DNA from: Acidobacteriota bacterium
GTDB taxonomy: Bacteria; Acidobacteriota; CAIWXX01
Reading direction: 5' to 3'
DNA length: 64,000 nt
Assembly: GCA_040755995.1 (NCBI GenBank)
Contig: JBFMAF010000055.1
Span: forward strand, 96,001-160,000
Position numbers and translations under genes: made by a program. The notes below the pieces were generated by a model. That model did no database searches and was not told where the DNA came from. It was given only the letters and a program-made list of their open reading frames with translations. Shown piece by piece: positions 9,762 to 21,405 of the stretch (positions are counted from its first letter, which is position 1; the number at the start of each line of letters is the position of its first letter).

Positions 9762-10351
9762 TCAAGATCAATCTTCTGGGGAAGGAGCGGCCAGAACCGG
9801 GGGCAGCCGCCGCCGAGCGGCAAAATCGCACGGCACTGCTGTTCTCGCTCATCGTCGTTGCGACGCTGATCGGCCTTGTGTGGTGGTACATGCACCTTCA
9901 AGGGCAGATCGACAAGCTCGAAGCCGACAAGGCCGCTGCGTTGGAGGAGAAGAAGAGGCTTGAGGCAGTCATCAAGGAAGTGGAAGGGTACGAAGCACAG
10001 AAGAAGGCCCTCGAGACGAAGGTGAAGGTGATCGAGGAGCTGAAGAAGAACCAGACCGGGCCCGTCCACATGCTGGATGAGATCAGCAAGCACCTGCCCG
10101 ACTTCCTGTGGCTGGAGAAGATGACCCAACAGGGAACCAGCGGCCTCCGCCTGGAGGGCAAGGCCACCTCATACAACGCCATCGCCGATTTCATCACGAA
10201 TCTGGACCGCAGCGGGTACTTCTTCAACATCGGTGTCGTCAGCGCGAACCGCGTGGGCGACACACGCGAGCTCTATCAATACGTGATATCGGCGGACTTC
10301 CGCGCAATCCCCCCGCAGCCTCAGTCGCCGGCTCCGAAGCCGGCGGGTTGA
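9758..10351 (+). CDS. pilN: type IV pilus assembly protein PilN
   Basis: MIKINLL motif, single TM, coiled coil; overlaps the pilM stop. Confidence 0.92.
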   Translation: MIKINLLGKERPEPGAAAAERQNRTALLFSLIVVATLIGLVWWYMHLQGQIDKLEADKAAALEEKKRLEAVIKEVEGYEAQKKALETKVKVIEELKKNQTGPVHMLDEISKHLPDFLWLEKMTQQGTSGLRLEGKATSYNAIADFITNLDRSGYFFNIGVVSANRVGDTRELYQYVISADFRAIPPQPQSPAPKPAG

Positions 10352-10412
10352 CCGGTTGGCACCAAGGAGGCTTGACCAATGATCATCGCGATAGGGAAGT
10401 GAGAGAGAAGCC

Positions 10413-11066
10413 ATGGCATTAAACCTCGGAAAGCTACCCTGGTGGGGCCACCTAGCGCTGTTCGTCGCCATCTCGTTGCTTTTTGTAGGGGTGTTCTATT
10501 GGTACTTCTACGGCGAGATGGACCAGAAGATACAGTCTCTTCGGAGTGACCTGGATTCGCTCCAGGCGGACCTGGAGAAGGGCCACGTCATGGAGGCCAA
10601 GCGTCCGGAGTTCCTCCAGGAGATCGAACGCCTGAACGTGAAACTGGAGACCTTGAAGCGGATTCTTCCCGAGCGGCAGGAGGTCGATGACATCCTGCGC
10701 AAGTTGCAGGGGCTGGCGGCGGAATCGAACCTCAACATCCTCGCGTTTACTCCCGGGGCGGAGGTCCGCAAGGAGTTCTACATTGAATGGCCGATCACCA
10801 TCCAGATCAGCGGCACGTATCACAACCTGGCCATGTTCTTCGACAAGATCGGCAAGTTCTCCAGGATTTTCAACATCTCCAACCTGGTCATCACGGCAGT
10901 GCAGACTCCGAAGATTGACGTGCTGACCATCTCTTCGACATGCGTGGCTTCGACGTTCATATATGTGGAGGCCGCGCCGGCTCGACCTGCCGCGGCCGCA
11001 CCTGCTCCGAGAGCACCCCGGGAGCCTAGGCCCGATACTTCGGGCGGCGGCCGGGACGAGTTGTAA
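10413..11066 (+). CDS. pilO: type IV pilus assembly protein PilO
   Basis: N-terminal TM, coiled coil, LPERQEVDDIL, GTYHNLAMFFD; operon position. Confidence 0.92.
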   Translation: MALNLGKLPWWGHLALFVAISLLFVGVFYWYFYGEMDQKIQSLRSDLDSLQADLEKGHVMEAKRPEFLQEIERLNVKLETLKRILPERQEVDDILRKLQGLAAESNLNILAFTPGAEVRKEFYIEWPITIQISGTYHNLAMFFDKIGKFSRIFNISNLVITAVQTPKIDVLTISSTCVASTFIYVEAAPARPAAAAPAPRAPREPRPDTSGGGRDEL

Positions 11067-11087
11067 CCAAGCACGGGAGAGTGAACC

Positions 11088-11597
11088 ATGCGCAAGACAT
11101 TTTGCATATGGATCTGCATGGCATGTCTCGGACTGTTTGTCTCAGATCTCGCGTTCGCCCAGACGGGCGCTGGTACGAGCCCGGCACCAGCAACGCCGGG
11201 CGCCTCCGAGGGAGAAAAAACGGTCCTGCCGCCTGAGGTGGTAGCCTCCGGAGGGTACACGTACAACCCGGGCGGTAGGCGTGATCCGTTCGTCAGCCTC
11301 CTCATCGGGAGAACGAAGGGAACGAAGGAGCGCCCGCCCGGCCTGGCCGGGATGCTGATTTCCGAGGTCGATCTGGTCGGAATCGCCAAAGACTCCCAAG
11401 GCTACGTGGTCATGCTCGCAGGGTCGGATAACAAGACCTATTTCGTGCGGGTCGGCGCCGAGCTGGCCGACGGCAAGGTCATCGACATCACTGAGAACAA
11501 GGTGGTTTTCCGGGAAGAGATCAAAGATCCGTTTTCAGTTAAGCCCTACCGTGACATCGTTAAATCCCTCACGCCTGGCGAAGAGGAGGTGAAGTGA
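11088..11597 (+). CDS. pilP: type IV pilus assembly protein PilP-like
   Basis: signal peptide, YTYNPGGRRDPF motif, located between pilO and pilQ. Confidence 0.8.
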   Translation: MRKTFCIWICMACLGLFVSDLAFAQTGAGTSPAPATPGASEGEKTVLPPEVVASGGYTYNPGGRRDPFVSLLIGRTKGTKERPPGLAGMLISEVDLVGIAKDSQGYVVMLAGSDNKTYFVRVGAELADGKVIDITENKVVFREEIKDPFSVKPYRDIVKSLTPGEEEVK

Positions 11598-14053
11598 TGA
11601 GTAGAACACATGGAGTGCTTGTGCCGGTTGTCTTGGCGATGCTTCTCGTCCCGACTTGGGTCGTTGCCCAGGATGCGGCATCTTCTCCAGATCTGATCAA
11701 GATTCTGTCGGTTACCTCCTCGGTCTTGCCCGAGAAGACCAGGGTCGTGGTTGAGACCTCGGCGCCGCTGCCGCTCCCCTCGTCCTATAACCTCGATCCC
11801 CTGGTGCTCGTCCTCGACATCCCCGGGACGGACTCCACAGGGCTTGACCGGCAGTATTCGGTGGCCTCTCCGTGCATCCGGCGGCTGAATGTGTACCAGC
11901 TGGAGGAACAGGGACGGAAGTCCATCACGCGCCTGGAGATCCTGATGACCTCCCTGGTGCCGTACCGGATCTTCTCGGAAGGCAGCCGGCTGTACGTGGA
12001 TTTCGAGCACCTCGAACGGACCTCTACCCCGCCCAAGGTCGAGGAGTTTTTCCAAAGGCCAGAGCCTGCTCCGGCGGCTGAGCCCCCGAGCAAGCCCGCT
12101 CCGACTCTGTCCGGCGAGATAGGAAAGATCCAGAGGATCGACGTGAAGCAGGAGGGCGGGGATCTTCAGGTGTACGTCGACTTCAGCGGAAGGATAGACT
12201 ACAAGCACTTCGAGCTCAAGAGCCCCTACCGCCTGGTGCTCGACATCATCAACGCTGTCAACGCTGTTCCCGTGAGCACCATCAACGTGCGGCACGACCC
12301 GGTGGATTCAATCCGGGTGGCGCAGTTCCAGAACGGGCAGCCGAAGATTGCGCGAGTGGTATTTGACTTGACGGCGCCGCCTCAATATGACATCGCGATT
12401 ACGGATAGCCGGTTGAGGGTGACCTTCAAGGGCGCGAGTGCTGCCGAGGCCGTCCCGCCGGATCCGCCGGCCAGCGATTCTGAGAATCCGCCGGTCGCCG
12501 CGGGACCGGTTGTGGAAGCGGCGGTGCAGCCCACCGAGCCTGTCGCCACGGATCCGCAGCCGCCGGCCGAGCCGCCCGCGCCTGCGGTCGCGGATGCCGC
12601 GCCCCCGATGAGCTTCTCCAACGAACCGACGCTAACCACCGGCGATGAGAAGGGCCTCGAGATGGCGGAAGTGCCGGCGCCCCTCAGCGTCCAGGAACCG
12701 TTGAGCGCGGCTTCGACCGGGCAGCCCGAACCCGCCACCGCACCGGATCAGGCCGCATCGGGTACGCGTTTCGAGACGCAGACCATAACCGAAGGCGAGG
12801 TCACCTACAGCGGCGAACCGATCAACCTGGATCTGGTTGACGCGCCTATCGAGCAGGTGTTCAGGCTGATCTCCGAGATCAGCGGACTGAACGTGATCAC
12901 GGACCCGGGCGTGTCCGGCCGCGTGACCGTTCATTTCAAAGGTGTTCCGTGGGACCAGGCGCTGGACCTGATCCTCAAGACCAACGGGCTCGGCTACGTC
13001 CTGGAGAACCGTGTGGTGCGCATTGCCAAGCTCGATGTGCTGGCGCAAGAGGAGACCAAGAAACGGAATCTCAGGGATGCCAAGCTGCTCTCGGTGGACC
13101 TGAAGACGATCACGAAATCCCTGAGCTACGCCAAGGTGACGGACATGGAGGGCGTGCTCAGGAAGATGCTCTCGCAGCGTGGTGAGATCATCACCGACCC
13201 GCGTACGAACACCGTGATCGTATCGGATATCCCGGACCGCATAACCGCCATCAACAAGCTCATCGAGTCTCTCGATACGGCGACACCCCAGGTGACCATC
13301 CAGGCCAAGATCGTGGAATCCTCCTCGAACTACACGCAGAGCCTGGGCATACAGTGGGGCTTCCAGGCGACCGCCGATGCGCGGCACGGGAACCAGACGT
13401 CCCTTTCCTTCCCGAACCACGTCCTGATCGATGGCGGGGCGGTTGGTGGAACCACGGGACTGGTCGGACCGCTTGGCGGCTACGCCGTCAACCTGCCGGC
13501 TCCGGCGTTCAACAGCGGCATCGGGATCTCTGTGGGCAACGTCCTGGACACCTTCATGCTCGATGCCGCGCTGACGGCGCTCGAGAACTCCGGGCGGGGC
13601 CGAATCCTGTCGGCTCCGAAGGTGACGACGCAGAACAACATCCGCGCCAGCATCATCCAGGGCCGCGAGATTCCGGTCCAGACGACCGCGAACAACACGA
13701 CGACCACCACCTTCAAGAATGCGGCCCTTGAATTGAACGTGACTCCGCAGATCACGGCCGAGGGCACGATAATCATGCTGGTCGACATCAAGAACGACCA
13801 GGCAGATTTCGCCAACTTGGTCAACGGAATCCCTCCGATCATCACGCAGAAGGCGCTGACGACCGTGCTCGTGCGCGACGGCGGCACGTCGGTGATCGGC
13901 GGCATCTACCGTGCGGAGGATTCCTACTCCAAGAACAACGTGCCTTATTTGCACAAGATCCCGATTTTGGGGTATCTGTTCAAGAGCTACAGCACGCAAC
14001 GTACAAACAGAGAACTGTTGATTTTCCTGACTCCGCGCATCGTTCGCGACTAG
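11594..14053 (+). CDS. pilQ: type IV pilus secretin PilQ with two AMIN domains
   Basis: AMIN-like segments (P.RLVLDI, RVVFDL), Pro/Ala linker, YSGEPINLD, VPWDQALDLIL, secretin C-terminus (IPILGYLFK, ELLIFLTPRIV). Confidence 0.95.
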   Translation: MMSRTHGVLVPVVLAMLLVPTWVVAQDAASSPDLIKILSVTSSVLPEKTRVVVETSAPLPLPSSYNLDPLVLVLDIPGTDSTGLDRQYSVASPCIRRLNVYQLEEQGRKSITRLEILMTSLVPYRIFSEGSRLYVDFEHLERTSTPPKVEEFFQRPEPAPAAEPPSKPAPTLSGEIGKIQRIDVKQEGGDLQVYVDFSGRIDYKHFELKSPYRLVLDIINAVNAVPVSTINVRHDPVDSIRVAQFQNGQPKIARVVFDLTAPPQYDIAITDSRLRVTFKGASAAEAVPPDPPASDSENPPVAAGPVVEAAVQPTEPVATDPQPPAEPPAPAVADAAPPMSFSNEPTLTTGDEKGLEMAEVPAPLSVQEPLSAASTGQPEPATAPDQAASGTRFETQTITEGEVTYSGEPINLDLVDAPIEQVFRLISEISGLNVITDPGVSGRVTVHFKGVPWDQALDLILKTNGLGYVLENRVVRIAKLDVLAQEETKKRNLRDAKLLSVDLKTITKSLSYAKVTDMEGVLRKMLSQRGEIITDPRTNTVIVSDIPDRITAINKLIESLDTATPQVTIQAKIVESSSNYTQSLGIQWGFQATADARHGNQTSLSFPNHVLIDGGAVGGTTGLVGPLGGYAVNLPAPAFNSGIGISVGNVLDTFMLDAALTALENSGRGRILSAPKVTTQNNIRASIIQGREIPVQTTANNTTTTTFKNAALELNVTPQITAEGTIIMLVDIKNDQADFANLVNGIPPIITQKALTTVLVRDGGTSVIGGIYRAEDSYSKNNVPYLHKIPILGYLFKSYSTQRTNRELLIFLTPRIVRD

Positions 14054-14070
14054 CGGTAAGGAGGAGTGAG

Positions 14071-14676
14071 ATGTATCAAGCTGCAAAACGATCCGGGCTG
14101 CTGATTCTGCTGCTTGTGATTGCACTCGTCGGCGTCGGATGCAACAAGAACGAAAGCAAGAACCAAACGGTCGGCCTGGTGACGGTCATGGGCATGCTGG
14201 GGGTTGGCCCGGACGGGACGTTGGGGACTACCCTGGCTTCTGATGTGATCGGGGTCAACCCAGACGGTACAACGTACATCATCGAGGATTCTGGTCAGGC
14301 TACTGTCAGGAACGTGCCGCTCGATCCGGATTTCTTCGACCCCACACCGTGGATGGACGTGGTTCTGACCCGCTACCGGGTGACTTACACACGAGCCGAC
14401 GGTAGAAACACTCCTCTGGTGGACATCCCGCTGGCATTCGAGGCGGGGATGACGGTGAGTATCCTGACGGATTCCTCCACCACGTTCTCGTTCTTGCTGG
14501 TGCGGGCTGTGGCGAAGACGGAGCCGCCGCTCATACAGCTAGCTGAAGGGATCTACTCCGAGAAGCAGATCCTGACGACGGCGACCGTCGAGTTCTGGGG
14601 CGCCGACATGGCGGGGCACCCGGTCTATTGCAAGGGGACCATCGCCGTGCACTTCGCCAACTGGGCCGACGAATAG
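14071..14676 (+). CDS. hypothetical lipoprotein directly downstream of pilQ
   Basis: AGGAGG RBS; signal peptide ending VGVG-C; beta-rich body. Confidence 0.7.
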   Translation: MYQAAKRSGLLILLLVIALVGVGCNKNESKNQTVGLVTVMGMLGVGPDGTLGTTLASDVIGVNPDGTTYIIEDSGQATVRNVPLDPDFFDPTPWMDVVLTRYRVTYTRADGRNTPLVDIPLAFEAGMTVSILTDSSTTFSFLLVRAVAKTEPPLIQLAEGIYSEKQILTTATVEFWGADMAGHPVYCKGTIAVHFANWADE

Positions 14677-14717
14677 GCCAAGTATATGAGGCATATATTC
14701 AACGCTGGAGGCACGCT

Positions 14718-16643
14718 ATGAAGCCTTTCACGACCAGACGTTCCACGGCAGAGCTTTGCATGCTGGCGCTCGTCGCTGTGTCCCTCCTGACCGGGCTCGC
14801 CTGCAAGCGAGACGAGGTCAATGAACCCGGACCGCCGACAGGGCCCAGTGGCGCGAGCTACTTTGTCAGCATCTTCGCAAGTCCCAGCGTCTTGCCATCG
14901 AATACGGGTGCCACATCTACTATAACTGCCATCCTTCGAAAGTACGATGGATCACCCATTGGCGGCAAGCCGCTTCGCTTTGAGATCGTCGACGGGAGCC
15001 TGAACACCATCAACCTCGGCAGCCTGTCCCAGAAGAACGTCACGACGGACACGGCGGGAGTCGCGCGTACGACATACACGGTGCCGGGGGCCGATGTCGA
15101 AGGCTACCTGTGGATCAGGGCCACCTGGACCGACTCCCCGTGGACCGAGCAGTTCTTCTCCACCGTGCCTCTCAGCCTGAGGTTCAAGACAGGGCCGCCG
15201 GTCAGCAACGAGTACCCGATTGCGAGCTTCGAAATCGTCACTCCAGGGCCGTATGACGTCAATCAGGAGATCACCTTCGATGGGAAGGCATCCGAGGATC
15301 CTGACGGCATCATCGTGAAATGGGTCTGGGATTTCGGAGACAAGAGGACGCTGGTCAGTTTCGAGACGATGGAGAACGAGCTCCCAACGTTGAACCAGCC
15401 GATTGTCACTCACAAATTCAAGCTGGCCGGGAGCTACGTCATCACCCTGAAGGTCATTGATGACCTCGGCGCGTATGACATCGCGCAGGACGTGATCATC
15501 GTGGGCGACGTCAGCGGACTGGCGCCGACGGCATGCTACGTCATCACCACCCAGACCACTACCGGCTACGACCCCGACACCGATGTCCAGTTCGACGGCA
15601 GCTGCTCAAGCGATCCGGACGGCGCCATCCGGCGTTGGGACTGGAACTGGGGCGACGGGAAGTACAGTTGGAATGCCGGATACCTGGTCACACACAGGTG
15701 GCACAAGGTAGGGTCGTACCCGGTTTCCTTGACGGTCACTGACGATTCGGGCCTCAAGGGCATCATCAGCGAGAACATCACCATCGGCGGCTACGGATCG
15801 CCGAAGTCTCCGACGGCGAGCTTCACTTTCGCTCCTGCGGCGCCGGAAAAGGGCCAGCAGGTGGTGTTCGACGCGACCGCATCTAGCGACTCTGACGGCG
15901 TGATCCAGAGCTACGACTTCGCCTTCGGCGACGGCAGCCATTCCGAGGGGACTTCGCCAATCGTCTACCACGCCTACAACAACGACGGCTACTACTTCTG
16001 CGTCCTCACCGTCACGGACGATGACGGGCTGCTGGGGGTGGCCACGCAGACAATTCCGGTGGGCGGCCACACCGGCGCACCGGTGGCCTGCTTCGTAATG
16101 ACACCGGATCCGTCCAGCGGGACGGTCACAGCCGGCGAGAGGATCAAGTTCGACGGCACGTGCTCCACCGATAGCAACGGCGTGATCATGACCTGGACCT
16201 GGATGTTCGGCGACGGAACCGTCGAGCACGATCGAATCCAGACGCACGTCTACTACACCGCGGGAACCTACACGGTATTCCTGAGGGTCTACGACAACGA
16301 GGGGCTGGACGGCGTGACGTCGCAGACGTTCGAGATACTCGCCGGCATCCCACCGGACGCTGACGCCGGTGCCGATCAGAGCTTCAGCGCGTTGGCGTGT
16401 CCTCTGGCCAAGATGGTGAGCTTCAACGGGGGGCTGTCCACCGATCCCGACGGCTACATCGCCTGGTACAATTGGGACTTCGGGGACGGAACGACCAGCG
16501 GCAACGTGGCTAGCGCCTCCATTAGCCACACTTACAGCGTGCTCAGCACGATCGTGTACAGCGTGGTCCTCACCGTCACCGACGACGACGGCCTTACCGA
16601 CACCGACACGTGCAGCGTGCAGATGACCTGCGCGGGTCCCTAG
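14718..16643 (+). CDS. lipoprotein with an Ig-like domain and five PKD domains
   Basis: GGAGG RBS then ATG 14718; lipobox LAC; five repeats of FDG..S.D.DG.I..W.W.FGDG ... LTVTDDDG. Confidence 0.85.
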   Translation: MKPFTTRRSTAELCMLALVAVSLLTGLACKRDEVNEPGPPTGPSGASYFVSIFASPSVLPSNTGATSTITAILRKYDGSPIGGKPLRFEIVDGSLNTINLGSLSQKNVTTDTAGVARTTYTVPGADVEGYLWIRATWTDSPWTEQFFSTVPLSLRFKTGPPVSNEYPIASFEIVTPGPYDVNQEITFDGKASEDPDGIIVKWVWDFGDKRTLVSFETMENELPTLNQPIVTHKFKLAGSYVITLKVIDDLGAYDIAQDVIIVGDVSGLAPTACYVITTQTTTGYDPDTDVQFDGSCSSDPDGAIRRWDWNWGDGKYSWNAGYLVTHRWHKVGSYPVSLTVTDDSGLKGIISENITIGGYGSPKSPTASFTFAPAAPEKGQQVVFDATASSDSDGVIQSYDFAFGDGSHSEGTSPIVYHAYNNDGYYFCVLTVTDDDGLLGVATQTIPVGGHTGAPVACFVMTPDPSSGTVTAGERIKFDGTCSTDSNGVIMTWTWMFGDGTVEHDRIQTHVYYTAGTYTVFLRVYDNEGLDGVTSQTFEILAGIPPDADAGADQSFSALACPLAKMVSFNGGLSTDPDGYIAWYNWDFGDGTTSGNVASASISHTYSVLSTIVYSVVLTVTDDDGLTDTDTCSVQMTCAGP

Positions 16644-16672
16644 GACGCAGCTATCGACTGAGCGGAATCTCG

Positions 16673-16704
16673 CCCCTGTCCGGGGCTTGGGCCCCGGACA
16701 GGGG
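16673..16704 (+). terminator. perfect 14-bp GC hairpin (terminator-like or RNA stability element)
   Basis: cccctgtccggggc-ttgg-gccccggacagggg; only a short U tract follows. Confidence 0.5.
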
Positions 16705-16724
16705 TTGAACACCCCCAGGTGGCG

Positions 16725-17990
16725 ATGGCTACGTATACCTCTCCGAAGATCGCCGAGCTCGAGAAGAAGCTCAAGCGCGAACCCTATTCGCTCGTCTTCG
16801 TCCAGCTGGCAGAGGAATACCGGCGGGTGGGCGAGTTCGACAACGCCGTGCGAATATGCCGCGACGGCCTTCAGAAGCACCCGAACCACGTCTCTGCGAA
16901 CATGCTGCTCGGCAGGATCTACTTCGAGAACCGGCAGTACAAGGAGGCGCGCGCCGAGCTCCAGAAAGTCATTTCGGCATCACCTGAGAACCTGATGGCG
17001 CACAGGCTCCTCGGCGACATCTGCTGGTTCGAAGAAGATCTGGAACCTGCGGAGAAGGAATACCGCATGGTGTACATGTTGAACCCGACCGACCAGGAGG
17101 TCCGCCAGCGGCTGACGGTGATTGAGGGGAGACTGCGTGCCAAGGCGCTGGAGGATGCAGCGCGGGCGCGGGCGGCTTCTACCGCCTCGATCGGCGTGGC
17201 CGAAGGTGAGCATGTGCCGATTCCGGGGGTGGATGAGCCTCTTATCGACATTCAGTCATACGGGGAACCAGCGGGTGCGGAGGAGGCTGCGCGAGAAGAG
17301 GACAAACGGCCTGCAGAGGCGGTCGGGTTCGCGGAGGCGGCCGGGGAGCCGGCCCGGGGCTGGACGGCTCCACCGTCAGTCGGCGTTCCGCCGGCACCCG
17401 AGCATCCCGGCCTGGAGGCCTCGGGCGCCGCCGCTGCTGCCGAATCGATGGCGGAGCTCAAGCCAACTGTCACACCGGTCGAAGAGGCTCCCTCGGGCTT
17501 CTACGCGATCGGTGTGGGCGGGGAGGCAAAGGCTGAGGCCATGCCGACGAGTTTCCCTGTGACGCCGCCGTCCATGCCTGAGACGCCTGTCTCGGAACAG
17601 ACTGTGCGCTTCGAAGTCGGGATGTTCGCGATTCCCGAGCCCAGTGTGCCCCGCGGAATCGAGGCAGTCGAAGAACGTGGGCCGGAGCCTGCGCCGGCAG
17701 CGGCGGAGGTGTCGGAGGAGCTGGCAACGGCTACGCTTGCGGAGCTGTACGCCGCACAGGGGCACCATGGCAAGGCCGCCGCGGTCTATCGGCGTCTGCT
17801 GGAGAGGAACCCTTCCGACGACGCCTTGTGGCAGAAGTTATGGGACGCTGAACGGCTTGCGAGCCAGCCGGTAGAGCCGGCGAGCCAGGTGACTGGTGTG
17901 CCCCTTGAGTTGACCTCCGAGCGGAAAGTTGCCATACTCCAGTCGTGGTTGGCGGCCATGAGAGTGAATCGGATGGGCGCTCGGATTTGA
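16725..17990 (+). CDS. TPR protein with a long acidic Pro/Ala linker and a C-terminal TPR-like motif
   Basis: FVQLAEEYRR..., LLGRIY, LLGDI TPRs; C-terminal TLAELYAAQGH...YRRLL. Confidence 0.8.
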   Translation: MATYTSPKIAELEKKLKREPYSLVFVQLAEEYRRVGEFDNAVRICRDGLQKHPNHVSANMLLGRIYFENRQYKEARAELQKVISASPENLMAHRLLGDICWFEEDLEPAEKEYRMVYMLNPTDQEVRQRLTVIEGRLRAKALEDAARARAASTASIGVAEGEHVPIPGVDEPLIDIQSYGEPAGAEEAAREEDKRPAEAVGFAEAAGEPARGWTAPPSVGVPPAPEHPGLEASGAAAAAESMAELKPTVTPVEEAPSGFYAIGVGGEAKAEAMPTSFPVTPPSMPETPVSEQTVRFEVGMFAIPEPSVPRGIEAVEERGPEPAPAAAEVSEELATATLAELYAAQGHHGKAAAVYRRLLERNPSDDALWQKLWDAERLASQPVEPASQVTGVPLELTSERKVAILQSWLAAMRVNRMGARI

Positions 17991-18008
17991 CAACGGTGAG
18001 CTGCGAAC

Positions 18009-18368
18009 ATGTTTGAAGAAGTGCTCAAGCGAATCGGCAGGGCAGTGCCGGGTAGCCGTGGCTTGATGATCATGGGGATAGATGGGATTCCGCTCGAACA
18101 GTGGGTGGCGGCTCCGGATGTCAACCTTGATCTCGTGGCGACCGAATTCACGACGCTGCTCAAGAGCAGCCGGAGGAACTCGCGCGACACGGGACTGGGA
18201 GAGCTGCAGCAGGTGGCGGTTCTTTCCGAGAGAGGGCTCCTCTTGATGGGCGAGATCACGCCGGACTATTTCATGTTGTTCCTCATGGATCCTCTTGGGA
18301 GCATGGGAAGGGCTCGGTTCGAGCTTCGAAAGGCAAGAGCGATTCTGGAGCCGGAACTCTCGGTGTGA
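18009..18368 (+). CDS. roadblock/LC7 protein, MglC-like
   Basis: 119 aa; MGIDGIP, ITPDYF, GRARFELR; lies between the pil genes and accB. Confidence 0.8.
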   Translation: MFEEVLKRIGRAVPGSRGLMIMGIDGIPLEQWVAAPDVNLDLVATEFTTLLKSSRRNSRDTGLGELQQVAVLSERGLLLMGEITPDYFMLFLMDPLGSMGRARFELRKARAILEPELSV

Positions 18369-18439
18369 CGCTTCGGGCCGTGGCCGAGGCGCGACGGTAG
18401 CGAGTTCTGTGTGGGAATTCAGTTGAAGAGGGAGAGCAT

Positions 18440-18925
18440 TTGAATCTCAAAGAGATCAAGGACCTGATCGACCTGATCACCGAGAAGAATCTGGCCGAAT
18501 TCGAGATGGAGAAAGCGGGCTTCAAGATCAAGGTGGTGAGGGCGGGAGCCAGACCAGCACAATCTTCGATGGTCGTGCAGTCCGTGCCGGATGCCGCGGC
18601 GACTGCGAACGTCACGAATCATGCCGCCCCCGTAATTGCCGTTCCGGCGACGGCGCACGTATCGTCCAGCGAGCACGAGGGGCTCGTCTCGATCAGATCG
18701 CCGATTGTGGGGACATTCTATCGGGCGCCTGAGCCGAACGCGCCGCCCTTCGTGAACGAAGGCGACCGCGTCACCAAGGGGCAGGCCCTTTGCATCATCG
18801 AAGCCATGAAGCTCATGAACGAGCTGGAGGCCGAGACCGATGGCGAGATCGTAAAGATCCTCGCCGAGAACGGCCAGCCGGTCGAATACGGCCACGAGCT
18901 GTTCCTGTTGAGGCCGCTGCCGTAG
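18440..18925 (+). CDS. accB: acetyl-CoA carboxylase biotin carboxyl carrier protein
   Basis: [16 protein letters not shown] biotinylation motif; TTG start with GGGAG RBS. Confidence 0.95.
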   Translation: MNLKEIKDLIDLITEKNLAEFEMEKAGFKIKVVRAGARPAQSSMVVQSVPDAAATANVTNHAAPVIAVPATAHVSSSEHEGLVSIRSPIVGTFYRAPEPNAPPFVNEGDRVTKGQALCIIEAMKLMNELEAETDGEIVKILAENGQPVEYGHELFLLRPLP

Positions 18926-19014
18926 AGACGGGCGTGCAGGACCTCCAGCCGGCTCCCCGATCCGTGGCGTACTCAGAGCGCCCCAGGCCAGCCTTCATGA
19001 ACGAGCTAACCGCT

Positions 19015-19041
19015 CAACTGACAACTGACAACTGACAACTG
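19015..19041. repeat. heptamer tandem repeat (CAACTGA)x~4
   Basis: caactga caactga caactga caactg just upstream of accC. Confidence 0.75.
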
Positions 19042-19045
19042 GACG

Positions 19046-20410
<1,365 letters not shown>

Positions 20411-20561
20411 GGGACGGGGGAAGCAGTCAGCCGCACCCGCCGGGTGTCTGTCGTCGGAGCGGGTGGCGGGCTATTCGCTGCGTAGGCCCTCCGCCGGACT
20501 ACCGCGCGCCGGGGATTCCGCCGGCGTGAGGATACCGGAGCACCGACGCACCGCGCCGGCC

Positions 20562-20590
20562 TTGACAGCACGGGCGCCGGGTGATAGGCT
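20562..20590 (+). promoter_or_regulatory. sigma70 promoter of rplU-rpmA
   Basis: TTGACA-17 nt-TAGGCT with extended TG. Confidence 0.6.
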
Positions 20591-20621
20591 TCTGCATTTC
20601 TTTACAGGGGGTCGACTGAGT

Positions 20622-20942
20622 ATGTATGCAGTGATTCACACGGGCGGCAAGCAGTACCGCGTCGAAGCCGGCAAGACGATCAGGGTTGAGAAGATCGAGT
20701 CGAACGCCGGCGATCGGCTCGAGATCACGGCGGTCTCGCTGGTTCGGAAGGACGATGGAGGGCTGTTCCTGGGCACACCGTGGATCGACGGGGCCAGGGT
20801 GCTGACCACCGTGGTTGATCAGGACCGCGCGAAGAAGGTCACGATTTTCAAGAAGAAGCGGCGCAAGCAGTATCGTCGAACCAAGGGACACCGGCAGGCA
20901 TACACAGAGCTGAGAATCGACGAAATCGAAGCGGGACAGTAG
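20622..20942 (+). CDS. rplU: 50S ribosomal protein L21
   Basis: MYAVIHTGGKQYRV...KGHRQ.YT; true start ATG 20622 inside the longer ORF. Confidence 0.97.
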   Translation: MYAVIHTGGKQYRVEAGKTIRVEKIESNAGDRLEITAVSLVRKDDGGLFLGTPWIDGARVLTTVVDQDRAKKVTIFKKKRRKQYRRTKGHRQAYTELRIDEIEAGQ

Positions 20943-20966
20943 GCGAACGCCTCGGAGGACTGAGAG

Positions 20967-21227
20967 ATGGCACACAAGAAATCGGGCGGCGGCGCTCGGA
21001 ATGGGCGCGACAGCAATGCCCAGCGGCTGGGTGTGAAGCGATTCGGGGGCCAGTTCGTGCAGGGCGGCACGATCCTGGTGCGGCAGCGAGGCACGGTGTT
21101 CAAACCGGGGCTCAACGTCGGGCGAGGCAAGGACGACACGCTGTTTGCCGAGACAGCAGGCATAGTTCGCTTCCAGGATCGGGGCCAGCGCGGCCGGTTC
21201 ATCCTTGTAGAGCCGGCGCAGAACTAG
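20967..21227 (+). CDS. rpmA: 50S ribosomal protein L27
   Basis: [34 protein letters not shown]. Confidence 0.97.
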   Translation: MAHKKSGGGARNGRDSNAQRLGVKRFGGQFVQGGTILVRQRGTVFKPGLNVGRGKDDTLFAETAGIVRFQDRGQRGRFILVEPAQN

Positions 21228-21405
21228 GGTTCTACTGCTGGGACAGTGAACGATGTCACCTCGGGCGAGAGCTGTGAGAGAAGGCGCAGGCAGAGTGATG
21301 GTTGCGGTGGCTGCCCAGGTATCGGGAGGAATGCGTCGCGAGTCGCTGGTCGGGTCGGCCACCTATGCCAGCCCGCGGTAGCGCCAGGTCCAGCGGGAGC
21401 ACCCG

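Noticed and set aside
10357..10371. Possible sigma54 -24/-12 site TGGCACCAAGGAGGC between pilN and pilO
   Set aside because: The -12 half lacks TTGC and the site is mid-operon; likely chance.
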